From positions 930,001-994,000 of the forward strand of contig NW_027138407.1 of the NCBI RefSeq assembly GCF_035084215.1: DNA of 64,000 nucleotides, written 5' to 3'. The stretch comes from Heptranchias perlo (Eukaryota). Shown piece after piece: positions 12,141-24,470 of the stretch. A program made the position numbers and the translations under genes. Position 1 is the stretch's first letter, and the number at the start of each line of letters is the position of its first letter. The notes below the pieces were generated by a model. It saw only the letters and a program-made list of their open reading frames with translations, ran no database searches and was not told where the DNA came from.

Positions 12141-12332
12141 GTTTCTTCATCACGCTCGCTCCTGCTGCTCAACAGGAAGTGACGTTTTATCTCAGTTCTC
12201 TGAAATCAACACAGACTTACGGTTGAGGAAGTGACATCAGACCAGCACGAGGTGGCGCTCACAGCCCCTTCCGTTTGATGTTCCGCAGGTTTCTGCGACA
12301 CAAGCAGTCCATTGAATTCCGGAGCAGCAGCA

Positions 12333-13416
12333 ATGGGGCTCCCCGTTCTCGGTGTGGTGTGTGTGACGTTAATTTTCGGTAAGCAGGTTAAAACTTTTAA
12401 AAGGGGTTCATTTTTAAAGGGATATAATTAAAAAGCAGAGGAATTCCATTGTACTTGTATCGAACCTTGGTTCGACCTTCTTGGAGTAATGTTCACCGTT
12501 CTGGTCTCAATATCATAGAAAGGCAATAGAGTCATTGGGGAATGTGCAAAAAAGATTTAAAGTGATAATACCAGAAGTGAAAGGTTGTATCCATCAACAA
12601 AGATTGAACAGGCTTGGTTTATTTTCTCTCGAAAAGAGGAGGCTGAGGGGGGACCTCATGGAGGGCTTGAACATTATGAATGGATTTGATAGGGTAGATG
12701 TAGAGAAAAGGATTCCGCTCATGGGAGTACCTAAAACAGGGCGTGATAAATAAAGTATTCGCTGATAGAACCGGTAAGGAATTCAGAAGGAACTTCTTTA
12801 TTCAGAAAGTGGTTAGAATGTGGAACTCACACGTTTGAGGGGAATCGCATCGATGTATTTAAGAGGAAGCAAGATAATACACGAGGGAGAAAGGAGTAAA
12901 AGGATATACTGATATGGCGAAATGAAGTAGGGAGGGAGGAGGCTCGTGTGGAGCATAAACACCAGCACAGAGCAGTTGGGCCGAATGGCCTGTTTCTCTG
13001 CAGAGAATTCTATGTAAAACTCATTCCGCATTTAGGTAGATTTGCACCTTCATTTCAGTTCAGTTTGAACGTTTAATGGTCGATTTTCGTCTTTTTTAAC
13101 CGTGTGTTCCAGATCTGAGCGATGGAGTTTCTGTTACTCAGCGGGAGCCCTCGGTCACAAAATCAGAGGGAGAAGCTGCCACTTTAACCTGCACCTATTC
13201 CAGCGATGCTTATTACTTATACTGGTACCGCCAATATCCAGGCACGCTGCCCGAGCTTGCAGTCCGGAGGAACAAGAACGGCGGTGAAGAATATCAGGCG
13301 GATTTCGCAAAAAGCCGATTTTCTGATACAGTCCGGCAGTCAGACAAGATGTACCGATTGACAATCTCGGAGCTGCGGCTGTCTGATACCGCGGTTTATT
13401 ACTGTGCAGTAAGACA
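12333..13416 (+). CDS. TCR alpha/delta-type V segment, apparently functional ('GVSVTQRE' family)
   Basis: Leader 12333-12378. V exon 13113-13416: GVSVTQREPS..LTCTYSSDAYYLYWYRQYPG..DTAVYYCAVR (this frame is absent from the ORF track). RSS CACAGTG(13417-13423)-23-ACAAAAACT(13447-13455). Confidence 0.93.
12390..13015 (+). mobile_element. CR1-like LINE 3' fragment in the V intron
   Basis: RLNRLGLFSLEKRRLRGDL motif (ORF 12535-12753) and the CR1 tail. Confidence 0.85.
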
Positions 13417-13744
13417 CACAGTGATGGGAACGACCTAAAGCCTCGCACAAAAACTGCCGCAGGTTTCTGGGTCACAGACTCTGTCTGGTGCAGACTTATT
13501 TTTTTACAGCGGGCCAGACACTGTCACGTGAATGCATTCCTGTGCGCGCACAGCCCGAGCAGAAACCACATCAACCTCATATGAAACCTTTCACATCGAA
13601 TACTGTTTCCATCTCATTATTGCATTAACTGTGTCAGGGCAGAATTTTCTGCTGCTTATTTGTGTTTCTCAGGAAAGCCGCTGATCCTTTTGGGAATACA
13701 AGCACCTGCAGCTGGTCTGGGACTGGTTATCATAAAACCATGCA

Positions 13745-15140
13745 GCACATAACATCGGGACAGGAATAGGCCATTCACTCCCTCGAGCGTCTTCCGCCAT
13801 TCAATGAGATCATGGCTGATTTGTATTTTAACTCCATCCAACCACCTTGGCTCCATATCCTCATGCACTTGGCGAAAAAAATTGAAGGATCGCAGATTTA
13901 AATGTATCATTTGAGATAGAATCTACTGCATTTTGTGGGAGAGAGTTCCACATTTCCACCATCCTTTGTGTGAAGAAGTGTTTGCTAACTTGCTTCCCGA
14001 ATGGCAAGGCTCTGATTTTAATGTTATTTCCCCTTCTAGGCTCACCCATCATCGGAATAAATCTCCCTATCTACCCTATCAATTCATTCAAATTCCTAAA
14101 AACTTCAATCAAATCGCCTCTTAACCTTCTATATTCCAGGGAATAAAAGCCGAGCCAATGTAATCGCAGACGGAGGCCTGTGGCAGCACTCAGCAAGAGC
14201 GAACAATTAGTCCCATTCCCCCTGCTCTTTCCCCAGAGACCTGCACTTTTTTTTCTTTTTGAGTAGAAATTCAATTTTCTTCTGAAAGTTACAGTTGAAT
14301 CTACTTCCAATGCCCTTTCATACAATGCATTCCAGATCATAAGAACGTACAAAATAGTCTCCTCTTCTCCCCCCAGCTTGTTTGCCAATTATTTTAAATC
14401 TCTATCATCTATTTACCGACTCCCTTGCCATTGGAAACAGTTTCTCCCGAACAAATCTATCAAACCCCCATATAATTTGAAAATCTTTATTAAACATCCC
14501 CTTAACCTTCTCTGCTCTAAGGATAAAAATCCCAGCTTCTCCAGCCTCTACACATAACTGAAGTCCCTCATCCCTGTTACCATTCTAGTAAATATCCTCT
14601 GTACTCATTCTAAGGCCTTGACATCCTTCCTAAAGTGTGAAGCACATCCACAGGATGCACTGCTGCGACTCGCCAAGGCTTCTTCGACAGCACTTCCCAA
14701 ACCCCCGACGTCTACCACCTAGAAGGAAAAGAGCAGCAGGTGCATGGGAACAACACCACCTGCACGTTCCCCTCCAAGTCACACACCATCCCGACTTGGA
14801 AATATATCGCCGTTCCTTCATCGTCGCTGGGTCAAAATCCTGGAACTCCCTTCCTAACAGCACTGTGGGAGAACCTTCATCACACGGACTGCAGCGGTTC
14901 AAGAAGGCGGCTCACCACCACCTTCTCAAAGGCAATTGGGGATGGGCAATGAGTCCCGGCCTCGCCAGCGACTCCCACATCCCATGAACGAATATTAAAA
15001 AAAAGCCCATAATTGGACACAATACTCCAGCTGAAGCCTGATCAGTGGTTAATAACAGTTTTGCATAACTTCCTTGCTTTTGTACTCTGTGCCTCGAGTT
15101 ATGAAGCCAATGACTGCTTTGGATTTTTCAACAGCTTTAT
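13745..15140 (-). mobile_element. Nested CR1-like LINE fragments, with a different LINE 3' end inserted at ~14640-15005 on the + strand
   Basis: Minus-strand LGFYSLEYRRLRGDLIEV and FFTQRMVEMWNSLP. Plus-strand RSFIVAGSKSWNSLPNS ending in an A-tail near 15000. Confidence 0.8.
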
Positions 15141-15349
15141 CAACATGCCGGTATAATGCTGCTTCAGATGTACGACAACCAGACAAATGATTGGTTTAAA
15201 ATATTATTGTACAGGAACTCATAAACAGGCGTTCAACGAGTTTTGGACTGAATGCAAATTTCTCGTGGAAAAATTCTAACCTATTCCATTAGATGGCAGC
15301 AAACCCTCAAGAATCACACCGCGCCATCTGCCTGGAGACGCCGATCTCT

Positions 15350-16665
15350 GCCCGTGTAAAAGAATAATCGAATCTTTCAGCTCAGAAAGAGGCTAATCGG
15401 CCCATCGCATCTGAACCGACTCCTTGAAAGAGCTATAAAATTAGTCCCACTCGCCTGCTCTTTGGAGATAACATTGTAAATATTCGCCCTTCAACTTTTA
15501 ATATAATTTCCTTTTCAAAGGCGACGATTGAGTTTGATTCCAACACCCTTTCAGGCAGTGCATTCCACACTTCTGGAAGGATGTCAAGGCCTTAAAGAGG
15601 GTGCAGAGCGGATTTGCAAGAGTGGTATCAGGGATGAGGGATTTATGTGGAGGTACTAGAGAAGCGTTGAAAGCTCTCCTTAGAACAAAGAAGGTTGAGA
15701 AAAGATTTAATCTAGATGTTCAAAATTATGAGGGTCTTTGATAGAGTGGTTGGGGATAAACTATTCCCAGTAGCAGAAGAGTCGTCACCCAAGAGGGCAC
15801 CGATGTAAGATAACTGGCAAAAACCGAGAGGGGAGACGAGGAGAAATTTGTTTATGCAGCGAGTTGTGATGATCTGGAATGAATTGCCTGAAAGGGTGTT
15901 GGAAGCAGATTCAGTAGTAACTTGCTAAAGGGAATTGGATACATACTTGAAAAGGAAAAAAAAGCAGGGCTATGGGGAAAGAGCAGTTGAGTGGGACTAA
16001 TTGGATCGAACATAAAAACATGAGAAAGAGGAGCAAGAGTCGGCCTTCCGGCCCTGCAAGCCTGCTCCGCCATTCAATAAGATCATGGCTGATTTTCTTC
16101 CTCAACTCCACTTTCCCGCCCAATTTCCCATATTCCTTGATTCGCTCTTTCACAGAGTCAGCACAGGCATGATGAGCCGATTGGGCTCCTTCTGTTCTGT
16201 ATGATTCAGCCCACAGGAATTGCACTCTGTGCTGCAACTGTATCTGACCGCAATTTTCATTTGACGCCCCAGCAACCATCGCCATTTGAGGATAGAGTTC
16301 ATGGTTTCTTCTAACCTTTGTGTGAAGTAGTGCTTCCTGATTTCGCTCATGAACGGCCTGACTCTAATTTTAAGATTGTGCCACTTTTTTCTTGATTCTC
16401 CGACCAGAGTAAATAGTTTCTGTGCATCGACCCTGTCGGATCTTCTTAACATTTTTAGCACCTCGATTATTTCACCCCTCAATCTTCTAAACAAGCCAAG
16501 TTTATGCAACCTGTTCTGATAATTTAACCTTTTAGCCACGGTAGCATCCTGGTGAATATGCGGAGCACCTCCTCCAAGGCCAATATGTGCTTCATGGGGT
16601 GTCGTGTCCAGAACTGAACGCAGTACTCCAGATGGGGTCTGACCAAGGCACCGGATAGCTGGGAT
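15350..16665. mobile_element. Cluster of CR1-like LINE fragments on both strands
   Basis: ALVRPHLEYCVQFW and RRLRGEIIEVLK motifs (minus, ~16270-16660); plus-strand CR1 tail at ~15570-16010. Confidence 0.75.
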
Positions 16666-17299
16666 GTTGTATTTAATTTTGTTCTCTGAGAAATAATAGA
16701 CCGGTACAAATACATTCATAATCTTTTCCACAAGGCATGGAGACAAACACTGCTCTGTCATTTGTAGTGGGATATCAGCCAATCGGTGACGCGGCGGGCT
16801 GTCCTTTAGGTGTTCGGTTCTGTGGTCGGAACTAGCTGAGGCCGAAGGGATGAGAGTCCTTCCCTTGAGCAGCTGTCACTGTTTATCTCCGGTGTTGAGT
16901 TCATGCGGTCTGAATGCATTTGGCGGTGACCCCGTGTCATCATCACCATAAGACCCGTTACAGTTCGAAAACAAGGGCCAGAACCTGCTCAATCTCATTC
17001 AATTGTCATGTAATAAAGAATCACTAACTCTCCCTGGTAAGTCTAGCGCAGCTTACTCCTATCTCAGTTAAACGACACTGCGACATAGAATGTCCAAAAT
17101 AGCCGAGGGAGGAGGGGAATAATGTCGCTGTTGTATGAGTGCAGCGAATCGTAATCCATCAATATTTCCTTTCGTCTCTAAATTAATCTTAAGCACGTTC
17201 TTTATGAAATTACGTTGTTCAAAAAGGCAAGGGAATACGATTTTGCTCGAAATACCGACCAGAGGAATCTCCATTGAAACATTTGGGATCGTCCACGAG

Positions 17300-17657
17300 A
17301 TCAATTAAAGGTCTCAATTAGAGATGAAACTGTCCCCCAGATCAATTAAAGGTCTCAATTAGAGATCAAACGGTCTCTCAGTTGAATTTGCGATGAAGCT
17401 GTCTGTCAGATCAAATAGAGATCAAACTGTCACTAAGATTAATTATAGATCAAACTGTCTCTCAGAACAATTAGAGATCAAATGTCCGTCAATTGAATTT
17501 GAGATGAAGCTGTCTGTCAGATGAAATGAAGATCAAACTGTCTCTCAGTTCAATTGGCGATCATACTTTCTCTCCGATCAATTAGAGTTCAAACTGTCTC
17601 TCACGTAAATTGGACATCATGTTGCCTTTCAGGTAAATTCGAGATCACGATGTCTCC
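17300..17657 (+). repeat. 28-bp minisatellite, ~13 units, upstream of a V promoter
   Basis: Same unit as 11757-12140. Confidence 0.85.
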
Positions 17658-17846
17658 TTTTATTACTCTTGCTCCCCCTGCTCAGCAAGATGTGACGTTA
17701 TTATCTCAGTTCTCTGAAATGAACACATCCTTTTGGTTGAGGAAGTGACAACAGACCAGCACCAGGCGGCGCTCACACCCTCTTCCGCTTGGTTTTCCGC
17801 AGGTTTCGGCGATACAAGCAGTCCCTCGAATTCCGGAGCAGCAGCA

Positions 17847-18937
17847 ATGCGGTTCCCCGTTCTCGGTGTGGTGTGTGTGACATTAATTTTCGGTAAGCAG
17901 ATTAAAACTTTTAAAAGGGGTTCATTTTTAAAGGGATATAATTGAAAATCAGAGGAATTCTATAGAACGTGTACAGAAGCTTGGTTGGACCTCACTTGGA
18001 GTACTGTGCACAGTTCTGGTCTCCATATTATACAAAGGCAATAGAGGCATTGGAGAATGTGCAAAAAAGATTTACAGTGATGATACCAGATGTGAAAGGT
18101 GATATCTATCAACAAAGATTGAACAGGCTTGGTTTATTTTCTCCAGAAAAGAGAAGGCTGAGGGGTGATCTTATGGAGGGCTTGAAACATATGAATGGAT
18201 TTGATAGGGTAGATGTAGAGAAAATGATTCCGCTTATGTGAGTAACTAAAATTTGGCGTGATAAATAAGGTAGTCGTTTATAGATCCAGTAAGGAATTCA
18301 GGAGAAACTCCTTTACTTCGAAAGTGGTTAGAATGTGGAACTCGCTGCGACACGGAGTGTTTGAGAGGAATAGCATTGATGTATTTAAGGGGAAGCTGGA
18401 TAGAACACGAGGGAGAAAGGAGTAAAAGGATTTGCTGATATGTTGAAAAGAAGTACGAGGCGGGAGGCTCGTGTGGAGGATAAACACCGGCACAGAGCAG
18501 TTGGGCCGAATGGCCTGTTTCTCTGCAGAAAATTCTATTGTAAAACTCATTCCGCATTTAGGTAGATTTGCACCTTCATTTCAGTTTGAACGTTTAATGA
18601 TCGATTTTCGTCTTTTTTAACCGTGTGTTCCAGATCTGAGCGATGGAGTTTCTGTTACTCAGCGGGAGCCCTCGGTCACAAAGACAGAGGGAGAAGCTGC
18701 CACTTTAACCTGCACCTATTCCAACGATGGTTATTACTTGTACTGGTACCGCCAATACCCAGGCAGACTGCCCGAGTTTGCAGTCCGGAGGTACACGAAC
18801 AGCCGTGATGAATATCAGGCGGATTTCGCTAAAAGCCGATTTTCTGATACAGTCCGGCAGTCAGACAAGTTGTACCGACTGACCATCTCGGAGCTGCGGC
18901 TGTCTGACACCGCGGTGTATTACTGTGCAGTGAGTCT
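17847..18937 (+). CDS. TCR V segment with an open frame but a deleted RSS nonamer (likely non-rearranging ORF)
   Basis: Leader 17847-17892 (MRFPVLGVVCVTLIF). V exon 18634-18937 ..YYLYWYRQYPG..DTAVYYCAVS. Heptamer CACAGTG at 18938-18944; about 19 bp including the nonamer are missing relative to 13424-13460. Confidence 0.88.
17905..18540 (+). mobile_element. CR1-like LINE 3' fragment in the V intron
   Basis: ORF 17969-18241: YRSLVGPHLEYCAQFWSP..RRLRGDL. Confidence 0.88.
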
Positions 18938-19254
18938 CACAGTGACGGGAACGAACTAAAGCAGGTTTCTCGGTCACAGACTCTGTCTGTTGCAGGCTGT
19001 TTTTTTTTACAGCGAGCCAGACACTGTCACGTGAATGCATTCCTATGCGCGCACAGCCCGAGCAGACACCACATCAACCTCACATGAAACCTTTCACATC
19101 GAATACTGATTCCATCTCATGATTGCATTAACTGTGTCAGGGCAGAATTTTCTGCTGCTTATTTGTGTTTCTCAGGAAAACCGCCAATCCTATTGGGAAT
19201 ACAAGCACCTGCAGCTGGTCTGGGACTGGTTATCATAAAACCATGCAGCACAGA

Positions 19255-21350
19255 ACAAAGGAACAGGAATAGGCCATTCATCCCCTCGATCGTCTTCCGC
19301 CATTCAATGAGATCATGGCTGATTTGAATCCTAACTCCATTCAACCACCTTGGCTCCATATCCATCATACAGTTGGCTTGCAAAAATCTAAGGATATCAG
19401 ATTTAAATTGATGAATTCAGATAGCATCTACTGCATTTTGTGGGAGAGAGTTCCACATTTCAACCATCCTTTGTGTGAAGAAGTGTTTACTAACTTCGTT
19501 CCCGAATGGCCTGGCTCTGATTTTAATGTAATGTCCCCTTCTCCTGGACTCCCCCATCATCGCAAAAAAGTCTCTCTAGCTCCCTTATCAATTCCTTTCA
19601 AAACCTCAAAAACTTGAATCAAATTGCCTCTTAACGTTCTCTATTCCAGAGAATACAAGTCTAGCCTATGTAATCGCAGACGGAGGTTTGTGCCAGCAAT
19701 CCAACAATTGGTCCCATTCCCCCTTCTCTTTCCACAGAACGCTGCACTTTTTTTCCTTTTAAGTGGAGATCCAATTTTCATTTGAAAGTTACAATTGTAT
19801 CTGCTTCCACTGCCCTTTCCCACAATGCATTCCAAATCAGAAGAATGTACAAAAAATTCTCCGCTTCTCCCCCCGGCTTTTTTGCCAATTATTTCAGATC
19901 TCTGTCCTCTATTTACCCAACCTCTTGCCAATGGAAACAGTTTCTGCCTATGAAATCTGTCAAACCCCCATATCATTTGAAAATCTTCATTAAATCTCCC
20001 CTTAACATTCTATGCTCGAACGAGAAAAATCCCAGCTTCTCCAGCCTCTCCACATAACTGAAATCCCTCATCCCTGATACCATTCTAGTAATTCTCCGCT
20101 GCACCCGCTCCAAGGCCTTGATGTTATTCCTAAACGGTGGTGCCCAGAATTGGACACAATAGTCTTGCTGGAGCCTGACCAGTGTTTTATAAATGTTCAG
20201 CATAACTTCCTGGATTTTGTGCTCCGTGCCTCGATTTATAAAACCAATGATCGCATGGGGTTTTTTTAACAGCTTTATCAACTTACCGGTATACTGCTGC
20301 TTCAGATGTACTGAACGGTAACCGGACAAATGATGCTTGGTTTAAATTATCATTGTACATTAACTCAGAAACAGGAGATCATCGAGTTTTGGACTGAATG
20401 CAAATTTCTCGTGGAGAAATTCTAACATATTCCACTGGATGGCCGCAAACCCTCAAGAATCACACCGCCCCATCTGCCTGGAAACGCCTATCTCTGCCCG
20501 TGTTAATAAATCATAGAATCTCACAGCTCAAAAAGAGGCTAATCGGCCCATCGCGTCTGTGCCGACTCTTTGTAACAGCTACACAATTGCTCCCACTCGC
20601 CTGCTCTTTCCACATAACCTTGTAAATATTTCCCTTTCAAGTTTTTATACAATTTCCTTTTCAAAAGCTACGATTCAGTTTGATTCCATCACCCTTTAAG
20701 GCAGTGCATTCCACACATAAGGAAGGATGCCAAGGCCTTAGAGAGGGTGTGGGGAAGATTTGCCAGAGTGCTATCAGGGATGAGGGAGTTATGTGGAGAG
20801 ACTAGAGAAGCTATGAATGTTCTCCTTAGAACAAAGAAGTTTGAGAAAAGATTTAATGTAGATGTTGAAAATTATGAGGGTCTTTGATAGAGTAGTTGAG
20901 GACAAACTATTTCCAGTGGCCGAAGATTCGGCAACCAGAGGGCACACCGATGTAAAATAATTGGCACAAACCGAGAGGGGAGACGAGGAGAAATTTGTTT
21001 ACGCAGCGAGTTGTGATAGTCTGGAATGAATTGCCTGAAAGGGTGTTGGAAGCAGACTCAATAGTAACTTGCAAAAGGGAATTGGATACATAGTTGAAAA
21101 GGAAAAAAATAGCAGGGCTATGGGGGAAGAGCAGTTGAGTGGGACTAATTGGATAGAACATAAGAACATGAGAAATAGGAGCAAGAGTAGGCCTTCCCGC
21201 CCTGCAATCCTGCTCCGCCGGTCAATACGATCATGGCTGATTTCCTTGCTCAACTCCACTTTCCGGCCCTATCCCCATATCGCTTGATTCCCTCTTTCAC
21301 GGAGTCAGCAGAGGCATGATGAGCCGATTGAGCTTCTTCTGTGCTGTATG
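19255..21350. mobile_element. CR1-like LINE fragments, duplicated together with 13745-16210
   Basis: ORF 19973-20329 (minus): IYKTLVRLQQDYCVQFWAP..RMLRGDL. Plus-strand CR1 tail at ~20715-21150. Confidence 0.75.
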
Positions 21351-23019
21351 ATTCAGCCCACAGGAATTGCACTCTGCGCTGCAGCTGTATCTGACCGCAC
21401 TGAAACTGATACGCGCCAAAACAGACGGCAGGCAGTTTTTTTACGAGAGGAGAACTGGGTTATAACACTTTGCTGGAATAGCTGCAATTTCTGGTCACCG
21501 CCTCTCTTTCAAAGTGCAGTGCTGCAACCGACCACTGCGTGACCGAGTCTGCACAGCTAACACCTGCAGAAATTTCGCGATACATAACGTTAAGCTTTCA
21601 TTATCATTTTATTATAACTAAGAGCACAAGGATAGTGGAGTAAATTGCAAATAGGAAGAAAACTTCTGTGAAAGGAAGATCCTCTATGTCACTAACACGT
21701 GCAAGAGGGAGATCGTGGAACAGTAACTTTACCAGTTAAGAGAGCCACAGCTCTGACCAATAAATAAAAAGTAACATCCTCCATGATTGCAGTGAGTTGA
21801 TGGCTGATTTGAACAGGACGAGTTGAACCTGGAATTCTTTTTAGTCAAGATTTGGGAAGATGTTGAGTAATATCCGGCCTCTCTGCCAATTGGCTTGTTC
21901 CTGACAGAGTCAGCAGGGAAACATCCAATCAGCTCACAGGGTTTTTTTCTCCACTTCATCCAATCAGCTCACAGCTCTTTTGTTCTCCAATTGATCCAAT
22001 CAGCTCATAGCTTCTTTGTTCTCCAATGCAGACAATCAGCTTACCCGCCCTTTGTTCAGCAATTCATGACGGGCGGATGTGAGGAAGGCGTGGGCGGGGC
22101 AGTGTTACCGCAAGGTTTGTCTCGAGATTGTTCTGCAGATAACGGGTTTGATCAGAGACACCGTCAGTCAGGATGCAGTCAGCCGCCGAATGAGCGCAAT
22201 ATACGGTTAATAAAGTCTAACATCATAGAAGGAGCCCATTCGGCCCATCATAAATGTTCCCCAACAATCTCTTTAGTTCCCACTTTCCAGCTCTTTCCCT
22301 ATGGCCCTGCAAATCTTACCTTTGAAGGAAAGTTTCAAAAATATTTAGGTTCTAGACATATTCAATGAACCTTAATCGATCATGTTCATGAATGTTTGTT
22401 TAATTTATGGTAGTGAAGAGGGTGATATATCACCGAGAACATTCAGTTCATTGTCGAGAAACAATTGTGTTTACACGGCGATGGCAGCTCTGTGGTTTAG
22501 ATTTCCTCTTGTCGTCATTTTTCGTGTAATCGGTAAAGCATTCAAAAAGAATCTGTTTACCATTTGGCTGGAATCGTTTTTAGAGGAGATTTCCCTTCTG
22601 TTTGCGATGTCGGTTCCACAGGGAGACCAGAGGAAATCTTCGCCTCATATGCTCCTGTCCTTCTTTTCGTTATTTTCGATAAGGATTATAGACGATGACA
22701 TTTAAACTCTGCCCAGATTAACGTCGTCGAGACAGAGAACTGGAAAATGTTCTCCTTAACCATTGCAAAAAAGCCCCCGACATAAATTACCTCAAGTTGC
22801 TTTCATAAACGCCATGTCATCGATAAAAGTGAAATGAATTGGAATGTGACAGCTTTAAATCAACGTAAAGATAAACGGGTTACACAAATGACCTAAAATT
22901 GTTCTATTAAACTGCGCCCATCTGTAAATGATGGAAGTGCAGTAAGTAGTTTCGTGTGACGCGACTTTAAAGGCGCGGGAGGTTTTTATACAGCGGCTGC
23001 CGCGTTTCCACTCAGCGTG

Positions 23020-23448
23020 CGGCTCTATCGCACAGTAATAGACTGCGGTATCTGCAAACTCCATGCTGTTAATGACCAATTCGCCGCGTTTGTCCGCAGT
23101 GGAAAGATCCAATTCAAAGCGGCCTCCGCTCTCTTTGCCGGACGACATTCGCCTTATTAGCCACTCCAGTCCCTTACTGGTTTTCTGCTTGTACCAATGC
23201 ATGGCGTAAATGCTGGACATATCATAACTACAGTTTATCTGCACCGAATCCCCGATCCGGACTGTTTTCGAAGCGGGAGATTGCAGCACTTGGTCCGCGA
23301 GACATCCACCTGTGAAAACATTCAGATAATGAAACACTGGAACAAAGTGAATAAAACATATTCCCAGTTATTGAGTCCAAATCCTGTACTTACCTGTTAG
23401 CAGCACCACAATGACGGGTAATACATTCGCTTGTATCGAGTAATACAT
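23020..23448 (-). CDS. TCR alpha/delta-type V segment, apparently functional (GLEW family)
   Basis: Leader 23448-23394 (MYYSIQANVLPVIVVLLT). V exon 23309-23020: DQVLQSP..INC..YAMHWYKQKTSKGLEWLI..DTAVYYCAIEP. RSS CACGCTG(23019-23013)-23-ATAAAAACC(22989-22981). Confidence 0.9.
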
Positions 23449-24070
23449 CCTCGCAATTAAGAGGTAGGTAAGAAAACGGCACTCACATCACATCAGATGA
23501 TCACGAACCGAGTGAACACAGTGAACAGTCGGAGAATCAAAGTCAGCGCCGCTCAGTTAAAGTCTCAGTCACGTGTGTCTGCTGCTTTTCGATTGGCTGG
23601 AAATGGATATTATTCACATAATACGTAAGGAGGCAGTTTGTTGATCTGCTCTCACTTCGCCAATGTTCACATCTGTACCGGTCAGTTTTACATAGAAGCA
23701 GAGTATGATCCTTCCTGCCTGTGCTGGATCTTTGAGAGAGATATCCAATTAGTCCCACTGCCCTGTTATTTCCCGATCGCCCTGCAAATTTTACCTTTGC
23801 AAGTGTATATCCAATTCCTTTTTGCAGAACTTTTCATGAACCCTGATATGCTCTCTACAACATTACCCGCAGATAATGTTTAACATAATTACTTTTAACG
23901 TATCATTCATAAATGTCCTATTTTATAGGGTTCCAAATTGTATTAAGGCACGGGATTTCTCTCTCTATCACCTGCTATACACATTATAAGCCGCGTCTGG
24001 ATGTGGAGATTGTCTGATAGGAACCTGCTACAAATATTGTACTGGAGCATTCAGCGTTTCTCTCACTGTG

Positions 24071-24470
24071 CTGCACTGCACAGTAATACACTCCAGCATC
24101 TGATACCGCTGGGCTGTCCATGCCGAGAATGTTATAACTTCTCGTTTGGTCAATGAAGAGTTTGAATCGTCCGTCAGTGGTGTTGCCCCCGATAGCAGAT
24201 ATGATAAATTTCGGGCCACGATTCTGTAGTTGTCTGTACCAGAATATTCTGTCAGTGCCGCTGGTGGTTGCGTTACATTGGATTTTAATCGATTGTCCCT
24301 CTTGTGCAAACATCTGCTGTGGTTGGTGGATCACAGCCTCGCCGCCCAAAACTGTCGATACAAAAAGAGACATGAAAATGAGAAACAACAAATATGATTT
24401 AACAGCAAACGATTTTCTGCACAAAACACTCACCTAAAATCCAAAAAATGAAAGTTCCAATTCTATTCAT
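24071..24470 (-). CDS. TCR alpha/delta-type V segment, apparently functional
   Basis: Leader 24470-24434 (MNRIGTFIFWIL). V exon 24351-24071: VIHQPQ..IQC..IFWYRQ..GRFKLF..DAGVYYCAVQ. RSS CACAGTG(24070-24064)-23-ACAATATTT(24040-24032). Confidence 0.92.

Noticed and set aside
15252-15259. Ig octamer ATGCAAAT (also at 20398)
   Set aside because: It lies in a duplicated 3' flank, kilobases from any V leader.
21434-21472. Orphan minus-strand RSS-like CAAAGTG-23-AAAAAAACT
   Set aside because: The heptamer lacks the essential CAC and no V-like sequence adjoins it.
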